Assembly: GCA_965153455.1 (NCBI GenBank)
Contig: OZ234493.1
Coordinates: forward strand, 4,092,001-4,156,000
DNA: 64,000 bases
From: Sphagnum compactum
Taxonomy: Eukaryota
Reading direction: 5' to 3'
Shown in pieces: positions 1 through 11,600 of the stretch. Numbering within the stretch: position 1 is the stretch's first letter; the number at the start of each line of letters is the position of its first letter. Made by a program: the position numbers and the translations under genes. Below the pieces are notes generated by a model. That model saw only the letters and a list, made by a program, of their open reading frames with translations, made no database searches and was not told where the DNA came from.

Positions 1-447
1 GCCGCATTGTGAAATGTGCTGGGATGCAAATTGGTGCCCTCTATCTTTGTATGTGTGAATACATACCCTCTCAATGTCAAGGTCTCGTCTAACAATTTTA
101 CTTCTGCATTGTCTGTTTCCTTCACTATTTTAAGTAATCAACATCAGATTGGACTTAGCAGTGTGGGATGTATTCTATGTGCCATGGCCTGGAGGATCTT
201 TATTGCTTATAATTGCAGACTTACATTACACCTTTGGAGTCTGTCATCAATCTGAGCATCTTATGAACAGCACTACGTAGGAAGTGGGGATCTCACTTGG
301 TTTCTCATTGTCATTCTATATGCAACTTGTCTGCAATGTGTCCCAACAGGTCCATTTGATTTGAGCTGGCTGTTGATGCAAGTCTGTCAAGAAACTAGCA
401 AGCCTATTTTGAATGTTCAGAGTTTCTTTTGCTGTTGGCTGTTGCAG

Positions 448-3400
448 GAACTTTTCAGGCCTTCATAATGGTGGTTACAACCACAATGAAAATCTTTCTA
501 ACTGGTCACTCTCAGAAATATTTGAACCAAATCAGTACTCAAATGCACAGTGGTTGTCACAAAAGATGAACCTACTGTTCAGTAATGCCACTGTGCAGAA
601 GACTCTTCAGTATCTCATCCTTCCATTCAACAACATGACAGGCAACATCAGCACTCTGGAGGGCCTCCAGAGTCTACATACCCTGTAGGCTCTCATGTCC
701 ATGGCTACTTTCATTCTTTCTGCATTTATTGATTATTCTTTGCCCCTTGCGGTCCCCTTTGGTATTGGTCATCCCTGTGACAAAATCCATGGATTGCCTA
801 GAATGAGTGGCCAAAGCCTACTCTGCAGTGTGACAGTCTTGTGGTGGAAAGGCTAGGCACCTTGTGTTTGGGCTTTTGCATTGACATGCCAGGTATTTAT
901 TATGCACTAGTGCTTGTGAGTGAGGCTCTGCAGTTTTTTCTTGTGGGGAAACTGCATACAGTTTTCGTGTCTCTAATTTTGCTATTATAAACCTTTGTTT
1001 TCTGACTAACCTCTATTACACACACCATTATCCAGCATGGGTGCACATCTATTTTGATACCAGAGTTTTACTTCAAATGCAGAGACTTGAGGAACAACAA
1101 ACTCTTTGGAAACTTGGACTTCCTTTCAAGGATTCAGACTCTGAATTCCTTGTGAGATTACTTCCCAATTGTGTTTTGGAATTGTTGCACATTGAATTGG
1201 ATCTCTGATAATCTCAAGAGTCTCCTGTTGATTTGCTTATCTCTGCTAATTGCTGTTGCCAAATAATGGTGGTTGGAATAACTGGTTTGAATTCCAGCAC
1301 ACTAATGTGGGTTCTGTATGGGCACATGTCATTCAGGAATGTTTCCTACAACTCAAAACTCAGCATGACCCCATCTCTATTCTCAAAAAGGTTTGGCAGT
1401 TCCAGGTTAGTCTGAAATATTCCAGTTTGTTTGCCTGACATTTTCTTAACAAGACAAGCAAATCTTTGTTGAAGTGGCTGTTTTTCAAGGTTAAACTTTT
1501 GACAACCTTCCACTTGACCATGAGATCTCCTGTGTCTGAAACAGTTTCCTTGGGACAGAAGACATAAAAGATTGGCCAAAACCTGCTGGTTTACAGCTCC
1601 CTCCCTCCAAGGGTAACTCCTGGCCCTTCCTGGAAATGACAACACTTCGCCTCATTTTCATCTATCTATTGCCTTAGCTGGTTCTTTTGTAGCTGGAAAA
1701 AAAGCAAGGGAGGGTTTTTGCCATTGCTGTCTCTCTTTTGCCAACTGGGGTGATATTAGTTCTAAAGAGATTTTGAAGGATGGAGGCCGTTTGGTGATCC
1801 ATGCAGGCTCAGTCTCATCAGGGCATTCAAGACGCATGGGAGAATTCATTGGGCTGACATTTGGGGTTGTTGCCATTGCTGTACTAATTGTCACTGCTCT
1901 CTTGTACTTTCTGAGAGAGGGAGATGATAGCAAAGTGCTCTCCAAAAGTCCTTCACTTGGAGGTGAGATCAGATTTTCTGATCCTATGATTTCTTTTGGA
2001 ATTTTTTGTTGCTCCTCTCTGGCTGTTATGATATGCAGCCTTCTGTTCATGAGACTTGCAACATTCACTGATTGTGGGCCAGGAAATGTAGGGGTAATCT
2101 GCACATGGGGTGGAGATGTCAACTTCTGTCTGCAATCTTATAGATATGTGCAGTGCACATGCATCTTCCTTTCTTCTGCTTATTGTGTGGTGGAGTTCTG
2201 CTTGGATTGTAACTGGGATGGACATGTAAGCAAGGTGATGCAGATAACCAGGGTCAGACTAAGTCCTGCTGCTGTACAGGATCAATATCTGAATCAATAA
2301 GGGCAACAATGTGTAACATAACTAGTTCTGTCCTTAAACAGCATGACTGAGTCTTCCAGTTGCTTCCAGAAATGCAACAGAAACTCAGGACACAAGATTC
2401 TGTCAAATGGTGTGCCTGAAATTTGGGTGGATTATTATCTACTTATCTACACCCACTGTCTAGAGCTGATGGAGTCAGTGGGTGGTCATGGCAGCTCATC
2501 ACTGCTATTTTTGATGATGGTGATGGTTTTGACACTTCATGAGTGGCCCTCATAAGGTTACAACACCACTCATTGTCATGTTACGTTCAAAGTGTTGTTG
2601 TGGAGAGTTCCCTGCAATCTCATGGATACAACTTTGAAGGTCAAAGGTCTCTGAACATGTGTGTGAACTTTTGCTGTTGATCTGCTTGGTTCTTCTTCTG
2701 TTTTTGTTTTATCTGGTCTTGTAGGGTCGGGTTTTGTCTTTTTCCTGTTTGCTGATTTATTGGATCTGAAATCTTTATACCCCATGTTTTGTTCAACACA
2801 TGCATTGAAATTTTGGTTATAATGCGGGTATCCGTCTTGTGACATATGCAGCCAAGGCTCTGGGGTCTATGAGAAGCCTTACCCTTACCTATGAAGATTT
2901 ATCTCAGGCCACTCTCAGCTTTGATGAAGGTCATCTTCTTGGCAATGGGATACTGGGCGAACTATACAAGGGTTCTCTTTATGATGGAACAGCAATTGTA
3001 GTTCGCAGGTTGCAGAGGGGAAATTTGAGTAAGAGCTGTGGAGGACAGCTGCAAGCACTGTATAGGACCCTTCATCCTAACTGTTTGGCACTAAGGACTG
3101 ATGTGAAGTACAAGAAGTCTACTTTTCTTGTGTATGACTATGTGCCAAATGGCTCCCTTGAGGTTGCACTGCATGGTCAGTCCTTCTTTTCAGGATATAT
3201 TCTGGCTTTTTAATGTCTGGAAATTTGCAAACACAGATTCATAATTGGATCATCTGTAGCAACAGCTTCTGGCTTAATCTTTCACTTGTGTTGTATTTTG
3301 AATGTGCACCAGTGAGGAAGCCAGACGAGGCACCCTTACCATGGTCAACTCGATTATGTATTGCGTCCGGGGTAGCTCAAGCACTGGCTTACCTGCACCA

Positions 3401-4105
3401 TGATTGCACTCCTCCCATTTTCCACTACAATCTTTCAGCCAGGAATGTCTTAATTGATGTTGACTTGGAAGCCAAACTATCTGACATTGGCCTATTCCAG
3501 TTTGCTCCAGCATCCAGGGCAAAGGCTTTGGCAGCAGTGGCAAAAAGTGGATATGCAGCACCTGAGTATTTAGACATTTGGGGCATGCCTGAGAAGGTTG
3601 ATGTTTACAGTTTTGGGATCCTGCTTTTGGAGCTTTTGACTGGAAAGAAGCCCCGGGATTTTGTGCAATTGTCAGAACAAAGTGACCTGGCTACATGGGT
3701 ATGTGTTGGCTACCTTGCTCTTATCTGCCAGTCAATTGTTTGTACCTATGCAAGTGGTGGCAGAGTTGGGGACTATCAGCTACTATCTTTTGATTCTATG
3801 GTTCTGTCAGTCCAAAGTTTGAACCCTAAACCCTAAACCTGTACTAGGAACTTCTTGAAGGGTATGCCTCTGTGTCCTAAGCAATCTGTTCATCTTCAAA
3901 TTCTGGATGGGTGCAGGTCAGGGGAGAGATTGATAGCAGCCAGGCCTGCACACTGATCGATCCACAGGTGAAGTCCTCCACTTCATGCTCAGATCGGCTC
4001 CATCAGGTGCTACGCACAGCATTGCAATGTACTGTGGCTGTACCTCTGCATAGGCCTACCATGAAGGAGGTTGTAAAGGTTCTTCAAGCTTTCATTCCTT
4101 CATAA
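448..4105 (+). CDS. LRR receptor-like kinase, probably a pseudokinase; 5' end probably outside the window
   Basis: LRR exons 448-684 (LQYLILPFNNMTGNI), 1083-1151 (LDLRNNKLFGNL) and 1337-1405 (LNVSYNSKL). Transmembrane exon ending 1962 (FIGLTFGVVAIAVLIVTALLYFL); its acceptor is uncertain, about 1808. Kinase exons 2852-3175 (LLGNGILGELYKG...LVYDYVPNGSL), 3313-3698 (W..RL.IA.GVAQALAYLHHDC.PPI...GYAAPEY...DVYSFGILLLELLTGK.P) and 3917-4105 (RPTMKEVV, TAA). Phases are compatible except across the unresolved 1405-1808 interval. Confidence 0.9.
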
Positions 4106-5229
4106 ATCCTGGATTTGCTTCCCGACCTTCTCTTGTCAAAGCAGTGCAAATTTAGTGCAGGAAGATGGAGAGTTTGACAACAATTCCTAGCCCTTTACAG
4201 CTTCAAGCTTTAGGCCACTATTGATGAAAGGACTGATCATGGTCCCACTAACCCCATACAGCTTGAGAAGGTAGGGCACTCCAGCTTTGGCAAGATGGAT
4301 TCTACTTCCCACACAATTGACCAGTATGATTTGTAAGTTGCGTACTTTTCACACTTCTGTGCCAGAATATGCAGGCATTGTATGATTCATTTGTATGGCT
4401 TCATGTGGGTTCCAATATCTGCCAAATCTTAAATGGGTATAATCAGTTTCATAGGTTCTTAAGCTCAAAAGAGTCATGCATAGCTGAATGGTTAGATGAA
4501 TTAGTCTTCTGAAGAAAAAAAGGTTACACTTCGAAGTTTCTACTAAAACAAGCCAAAGTATTGCCTGAGAAGACACATGTTTGGTGTTTCTCTGCCTTTG
4601 AAACTTTGAAAAGATGATCTCGGGGGCTTCTTAACCTGAGTGGGATGTGTTTCAAAGTGCACACCTTGTCCTCAAATCATGGCCTTAGAGTTAGTTCTCT
4701 CTGTTGGTTTTCTCTTTTTCTCTTGTTCCTTGTTCCTCTTGGTTTCCTGAGTCTTCTCCTCTTTTAGGTTTTGTTGAGCGAGCCACATCATGGCCGAGAG
4801 TATTCACATTACTTGCGATCTTTTGAAAACAGGCAGAAATAACCCCAGGAGAACATGCCTTGCAAGAATGCAAGGGTAGAAGAAATCACAGAAACTGTTG
4901 GGAGCTAATGAAGTTAGTGGGATGAGGGGATGCCATGGTAGATAGTATAACATCTTATTTTATCTCTCTTGCTGTTTAAGGTCTCTGAACATGCATGTGA
5001 TCGTGTTGGTGTGGTCCAAAGTGCTCCTTGGTTGATTTTTGATCCTTTCAGATGTTCTCTAGGGTTTTGTGTCATCTGCTGGGCACTGATTTTTGTGTAC
5101 AACTGTGAAATTGCTATATAACCTTACATTGGGTCATCTCTGAGTTCTATCAACTCGACTTAAATCAGAAGGAAGGAGAAGTTCTCCAGAAACACTATTT
5201 GGAAATTCAATCTTACTTCTCTGTACCAT

Positions 5230-5790
5230 GTTATTGACTTGACCTACAGTGGTGCATCCTGTGTTTGGAGGGGATGTGATAAAACTCCTTAATCTTTCAA
5301 GATCAAAAGTTGATAAAGCTTCTCCACATTTGCTGCTGTCATTTGATTTTTCAACTCTATGCACTAACATAAACCTGATGGATCTAAGAGCTTGTATGAA
5401 AGTTCTGATTAAGTAAGTGTTGAGGTGGATGTTTAAACTTTATTGTTTGAAGTTTTTGTTGGTTCAAAGAACAGCTTTGAACTTAAGGTGTCTGTGGCTT
5501 AAGAATGAACAAGAGATAAGTCCATTTGAAACTCTACATGGCTTTAAAATTGTGGAGGGTTCAAACTTAATCTCTTCATTGGATTTCTTGTTAGATAGTT
5601 TGTTTCTTTGTTTTGGTCACTGTGCTTATAGACAATGATATCCCCATGGGTACCAGTTGTGTTGTCTATATAGCTAATTTCTATCGTCTTCCTTAAGAGT
5701 TCGATTTTCTCAATCATCTCTTGAAGAACAAGACCTGTCATGTTTGTGCTTCATAGATTGTCCATTGTTTGTTAGGTTTGTTGAAGAATA
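5230..5790 (+). mobile_element. Degenerate reverse-transcriptase fragment, Penelope-like (PLE) type
   Basis: Manual translation gives SFDFSTLCTNI (from 5339), LDFLLDSLFLCFGHCAYRQ (to ~5635), then after a frameshift IPMGTSCVVYIANFY..EFDF (from 5640) and RFVEE (~5774). Order and spacing match the RT motifs DFSTLYT / YRQxxGIPMG / RYxDD. In-frame stops and frameshifts are present. Confidence 0.75.
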
Positions 5791-6421
5791 AAGGCTCTGT
5801 TAAAGAGGATGAGAGGGTTGCTCAAGAAAGAAATTTTCATTTTGGGAATTTCAGCATTCAGAAAATTTCAAATGATTTTGTATAGTGTCTCATAAGTGGG
5901 GAGCTTATTGTAAGCCCATTTGGTCTAGTTTTTCTCTGCAGTCAATTTCTCTATGTTTTGTCTTCCTCTGCATGTTTGTTTTGCTTTTTCTCTCAAATCT
6001 TTTTCTTTTTGTGTTTCTCCTTGTGTTGTTGTTTGTTGCTAGCCAGTATAATGGCCAAGTCTTCCTGTTGCTTCTGGACTTGTAACAAAAACTCAGTGTG
6101 CAGGCTAGTGTCATATGGATTATGCTAGTTTTCAAGTTTTGGGTGCCCCCATTGGCCTTGGGTGAATCAGCACATACAATGAAACCATGGTAAAAACCTC
6201 ACAAAATTTCTTTTGTTTCTAAGAGCTTCCTCAACTGTGCACCTGAACATTGGCACCATAGAATCATGATCATGGGCAATGTGGTAGCCCTGAACAATTG
6301 AGGGAGAATGTTAGAGCAGTTCAATCCCACCTTTCGCTGGAATTTGAAGACTGGGGTGGTAAGGGGTTGGAGATTCATGCAACAGCTGGGTATATCACTA
6401 AGACATTTCTGCTTGATTCTG

Positions 6422-6662
6422 AGAACACTGGGACTTTTCTTGAGAGTTAGGACATGAGACAAAATCAAAGTTGAGGAAATGAGACACAATGAAAAGAGGA
6501 AGAAGAAGAAACTCCGTTTGGCCTCCAATCTGTTCCTGATTCCAAGAACATTGGGACCTTTCTTCGAGAGTTGAGGACATGAGACAAAATCAAAGTCAAG
6601 GAAACGAAACAGAATCAGAAGAGGAAGAAGAAGAATAAAAAACCCTACTGGCCTCCAGTCTG
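6422..6662. repeat. Diverged tandem duplication, ~123-bp unit, 2 copies
   Basis: agaacactgggacttttcttgagagttaggacatgagacaaaatcaaagt...ggcctccaatctg at ~6422 recurs with changes at ~6545. Confidence 0.8.
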
Positions 6663-7097
6663 AGCTGCTGAGAAAACAAAAGTTTCAAGGGCAATTGCAA
6701 GGGTGAGAATTGAGAACAACACCGAAACAACAATTGGAAGAAAATGTGGAAGAGAACATGCGTCCAGAGAGACTCTCTGTAGAGTTTGGGGTGCAAAGAA
6801 CATTTTTTCCTTCTTCCGCAAGAGCTGAATTCTACCATGATCAGGAGGGAAGCATGTTCTGCAATTCTGTTGTAACAGGTGTTGTAATGCTCATGTATTC
6901 ATTCCAGTGCCTGCTGCTAGTGAGTTTTCAGAAGACAGTGCAAAAGGTGGGAAGATTCACCAAAACTCACTTCAGCCACAAGAACTATATGACTTGATCT
7001 TTGTACAACTTCAACTTCAAGTTGGAGTCCCAAATGTTGTCCCAATGAATGGCAACTTGGAACTCCCTCCCAGTGCCAAAGCACTCCATTTTTGCCA

Positions 7098-7179
7098 CTC
7101 CATTTGTATTTACACTGGTGTTGGGTAGAAGCTCCATTTTTGGTGCTCCATTTGTATTTACACTGGTGTTGGGTAGAAG
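7098..7179. repeat. Short direct repeat, ~49-bp period, 2 copies
   Basis: ctccatttgtatttacactggtgttgggtagaag occurs at ~7098 and ~7147. Confidence 0.85.
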
Positions 7180-7596
7180 ACATTGGTAGCTACCCAAGTC
7201 AAGTTGGAGCACTCAAATCATAACTTCAAACTGGAGAGGCATGAAAGCTTAGATCAACACCAAATTTGAACTTTCAAAAATGTGCACGCACCAAAAGAGA
7301 AAGAACCATGAACCATGCATCTTTTACGTGCCGCCTAATCCTTTTGGGGAAGGCAACATCCCCAAGTGTAGAAGTATTCGGCCACAAGTGAACCAGCACC
7401 CACCAGCGCACCATCCACTGGATGGATGCCTGTTATTACTCCGTTGTGGATGAACCTCGTCTGAGTTAGTATACGGTTTCACCTTGGTAACCAATTCTGT
7501 AAGAAAATAATAGGTCTCAAAAATAGGTAGATAGGTTAGGAAAATAGATAATTACTAGTTAAGTAGATGGTTTATGCATAGCTAAGGGTGGTTTTT

Positions 7597-7647
7597 ACTA
7601 CCTACCTACTAACAACCCTGCTTGTGGGTTGTTAGTAGGTAGGTAGT
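7597..7647. repeat. Perfect 22-bp inverted repeat with 7-nt loop
   Basis: actacctacctactaacaaccc-tgcttgt-gggttgttagtaggtaggtagt. Confidence 0.95.
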
Positions 7648-8699
7648 TAAAATAAAAAGCAACACAGCTAACCACCATGGTTGGCTCATGAACTGGAATC
7701 CAACAGAAAACTGTTTCCTGACCACTTTTCATTCATCCTTCATGGTGTGCTGGTGGGTGCTGGGTTCATTGTGGCATACTTCCATACCTTTTTTCTTTTC
7801 TTGGGCTGTTTCTTTTCTTTTTTTTTCCTTTTTGCACTTTCTCTTTACATTGCATTTCTTTTCACATGCAAAAAAAATTTCCCCTTTTTATTTTAATTGC
7901 CTTCTTTTTTCAATTCAAATTTTCCTTGTGATAGACACCCCCAAAAAAAAGTATGTTGCATTTTGTTTGATATGTGAATTATTTTTCTTCTTTATTGGCT
8001 TTTTTTTTTTCTTTTCCTTTTTTCGGTGCCTTTCAAAATTTCTTGTGATGTGATCCAACATTTCTCGATTTTTCTCGTTTCTTGTCTGTTTTGAGTGACC
8101 ATGTAAAGAGTTAGGGGAGTGCCAAGCTAAGCTTTACATTATCTTTTCTGCTCCCAATGCAAAGGAGTAACATAGAAAAAGCATAAAGCTTGTGGAAATT
8201 ATATAATGTGTTTTTTTAAAGAAAAATGATAATTTTTATTTTTTAACTTCATATTTTCCTCATTTTTTTGTCCATTTTGAGTGACCTCAAGAGTTAGGGG
8301 TGCACCAAACTAGGCTTTATATTATTTCTTGGAGCTCTAGAAGTAAAAGAAACAACACGAAAGAGTTGCTAAGGAAACCAATGTGATGAAATTTTAAAGC
8401 GTCTTTTATGCCAATGATCAAACATTGACTTGATTTACTTTTGATAATCAGAATTTTTTCATTTTTATTCATTTGAACGATCGAGATGATTATGGGCATG
8501 TCAAGTCAAATTTCTAAAAAACCTTTGGAAGATGAGAGGCAAAGGAGTATTGTTTTAGGATTCAAAGTTCTCAAATATGATTCTTTATGTTATATATATA
8601 GTTCTTGAATTTTCTTGAAAAGCACAATTATGAATCCTAAAAACCACTTGATAATTATTGAGGTATGTTCCCAACATTGGTTCTATTGAGGTGTCTTTC

Positions 8700-11600
8700 A
8701 TAACATAACCAATGTTCCCCATTGTTGATTCAGATCACAAAATAGAACTCACAAAACCAAAAGTGAAACAACTTCCATTTGTTCCACCCAAGAGAAGTCA
8801 TAAAAATTTACCTACATATGTTATTTTTGTATTATGGAATGTGCTAGGTACAAGCTGTTGTGTCTTGTAAGGTGCTTTTGAAAATTTGGGTGGGTTTTCT
8901 CATTTGCAAGCTCTTGTTTTCATCCACTTTTGAAGGCTATGAAATAATAACATCAAATCTTGTTTTTTGGTGTTTTTTTTGTGTCAATTCTTGTGTGTTA
9001 GACCACGATAGGTTTGAATCCATTATCACTTTTTAATTCTATGCAACATGTTTGAACTTGATTTTTTTTGTTTGTGGATAGGGCACAAAACATTGCTAAC
9101 ATGAGATTATTGTCACTAAAACCCTCAAGTGCAATAAACTTGGGGCTTAACAACAATGGAAGATCAAAAGATTGCTTCTTGAAGTGTTTTCTTAGAATTT
9201 GTTGATTTTGCAAAGTTTGAAAGGCTAGGGTGTGTAAGGTTTGGCGAAGTTTGGAAAAGGTGATTGTGCTTCTAAACCCTTATAGTTTTCACGGTTCAAC
9301 TTTACATTTGTGAACCAACACAACAAGGAAAACTTTGGATTAGTTGTTAGGACCACCCAATTCAAAATTACTAAATGAACAAGGGGCTAAAGTTCCTATC
9401 GTCCAAGGTTTTGCGTTTCAAGGGATCTTGTTAGCAATAGTTGATTTGGAAGGTTTGTGATATGATGGTTTGAATCAATCAAGCCTTTTGGAAAATGCAC
9501 CTTATGAGGATATCAAAGCAACAACAATGTCACCATGTACATTTCCACCTCTCCTTCATTACTCCAAATTTTGATTTGGTCATAACTATAATGAAACAAC
9601 CTTCATTAAATTGGTTTCTTGATCAAAATTTGTATGTGCCTTGTGTCACATTGGATGAACAAGGGTTTTAGCCCTTCCTAATTTGATGTAGTTTTGAAAA
9701 GTGATTAGGATCGACATTTGTGCGTCTATTGCACACACAAATTTTGTTCGCAAGATCTAAGTAATGAATCAACTAGGGTTCCTTCCATTATGGAAAACCT
9801 TAGAGGATCATTGTCAATTGACCGTGCATGGGAGGTTATTCATGATTTCTTGCAAGTGTATGTTTAGGTTAACTAGGAAACAAAAGAAAAATGCAATTTA
9901 TTATTAGTCATCATTAAATTATGCATTGGTTGCGATTTGTCACACAAGGAAATCAAAGATTGTCTACAGTTACATCTTCATGAATCATTCAAGTTTATGA
10001 TTCTTTTGACTTGGGGACTTTTTGAAGTTTCTTTTTGAAACAAAACCAAGGTTATTACTACACAAAAATTAGCCATGGTCAATTTGAATGAGTTCATGTT
10101 TTGTTTTTCCAAGTGGCAAACTCATTTTAATTCAAGCATTCAAGGTGTGGAATGAACGTTAATGCATTCCATCAAAATCTACTTTCCTAACATTAACAAT
10201 AGTTTCATAATGCATTCAATCTTATTAAGCTTGCTTCCAAGATCAACGAGGTCCTAGAGGTCAAGAGATTTGATTTTTATACATGAAATGGCCAGTGGGG
10301 CAATGATTATTGTGGAGGTTGTAGAGATTATAAGGTTATTTGAAAACATTTGGCTACATTTTTTGGACTTATACGATTCAATTGATGTGACAATCTTTTA
10401 GTGGATCTTGTATAATTTTGGGTTGTCAAACTTGTGCTAGATACAACATAAGTTTTGTCACTTTGCAAAGAATTGCCCCACATTACAATCCTTAAGGAAG
10501 GATAACAGACATCTTGAAAATGTTTTGTTGCAATCTTGGAACAAGAAAGTTGTGAATTCAAATTTGAAGGCACGATTCAAGGACATGGGTGGAGAGAGCT
10601 TGCAAGCAAATCACATTGCATCAAAGGCAATTGTGATCCAATTGAAGGTTAAGTAGGCGAATGTGATCATGGTCCCTCAAGTCAAAACAAGTGGCAAATG
10701 ATGTGGATATTCTTGTTCATGATGTTTTGTTGTAATTTCTTGGCAAAGCCATGGAAAATTAGACTCCTATAATCCTAGTGATGTTTGAGTTAATTTAGAA
10801 AAATGGAAATTTTCAAAGAATAAATGCAAAGGAAAAAGTAAAAATCAATTACTTAAGAATCCATTTTATTTGAAACCATTGAATTGAAAAAAATTTCAAT
10901 CATGATCATGGATTTAGTTTGTGCATCAAATTTTAAATCTAAAACGACAACCATCAATCAAATTTTGTATTATGGGTGAGACAAAAAACCACTAGAATTA
11001 TCTATCTTACCTTGTTCCAACTTTTAGATGGTAGACCTAGATCCAATCCTTAAGTTTGAAAACTTGTGTATACATTCGGTCAATTATTTATAATCAATTT
11101 AAGCTATGTATTCCATTTTGTTGGATTTCATATTCTAAAATCTTTTTCACATTTTGATTGACATTAAAATTCCAAGACAACTAGATGAGGTGTTGACACT
11201 TGAATGTACCTGGGGGAAGTTTTGAACATGGTGACTATGGGTCTTTGGCAAATAACTATTTTGTTTGTGCCATTTTTCTTTTCATTTGCATGAATGGATT
11301 GCAAATGCCTTGGTGGAAAAAATCCAAGTTGTGGTGGTTCCAACTTGATAAACTTCTAGTTTTAGATAGCTCATTATCTCACATCACATTACCTTCAAAA
11401 TGTTCATTGAGTATTTAAGGAAATATGAGATTGCTCTTGGTCTTATTATCAATCATTAAGGCTTCTCATCGATCAAACCCTTAGTAGGAAATAGTTCACC
11501 TTAGGCCATGCAAAAATGCAAATATATTATTTCACCAAATACTTCAATAGATTAGGAAGATGCATTCAACATTGAGAGGGGATCATTTGATAAGAAAGGC

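Noticed and set aside
1658..2122. 154-aa minus-strand ORF
   Set aside because: Antisense to the RLK transmembrane exon and intron, with no domain signature.
5134..5741. Minus-strand ORFs 5134-5370 and 5544-5741 as a viral or novel gene
   Set aside because: They are the antisense of the plus-strand RT relic, which explains the region better.
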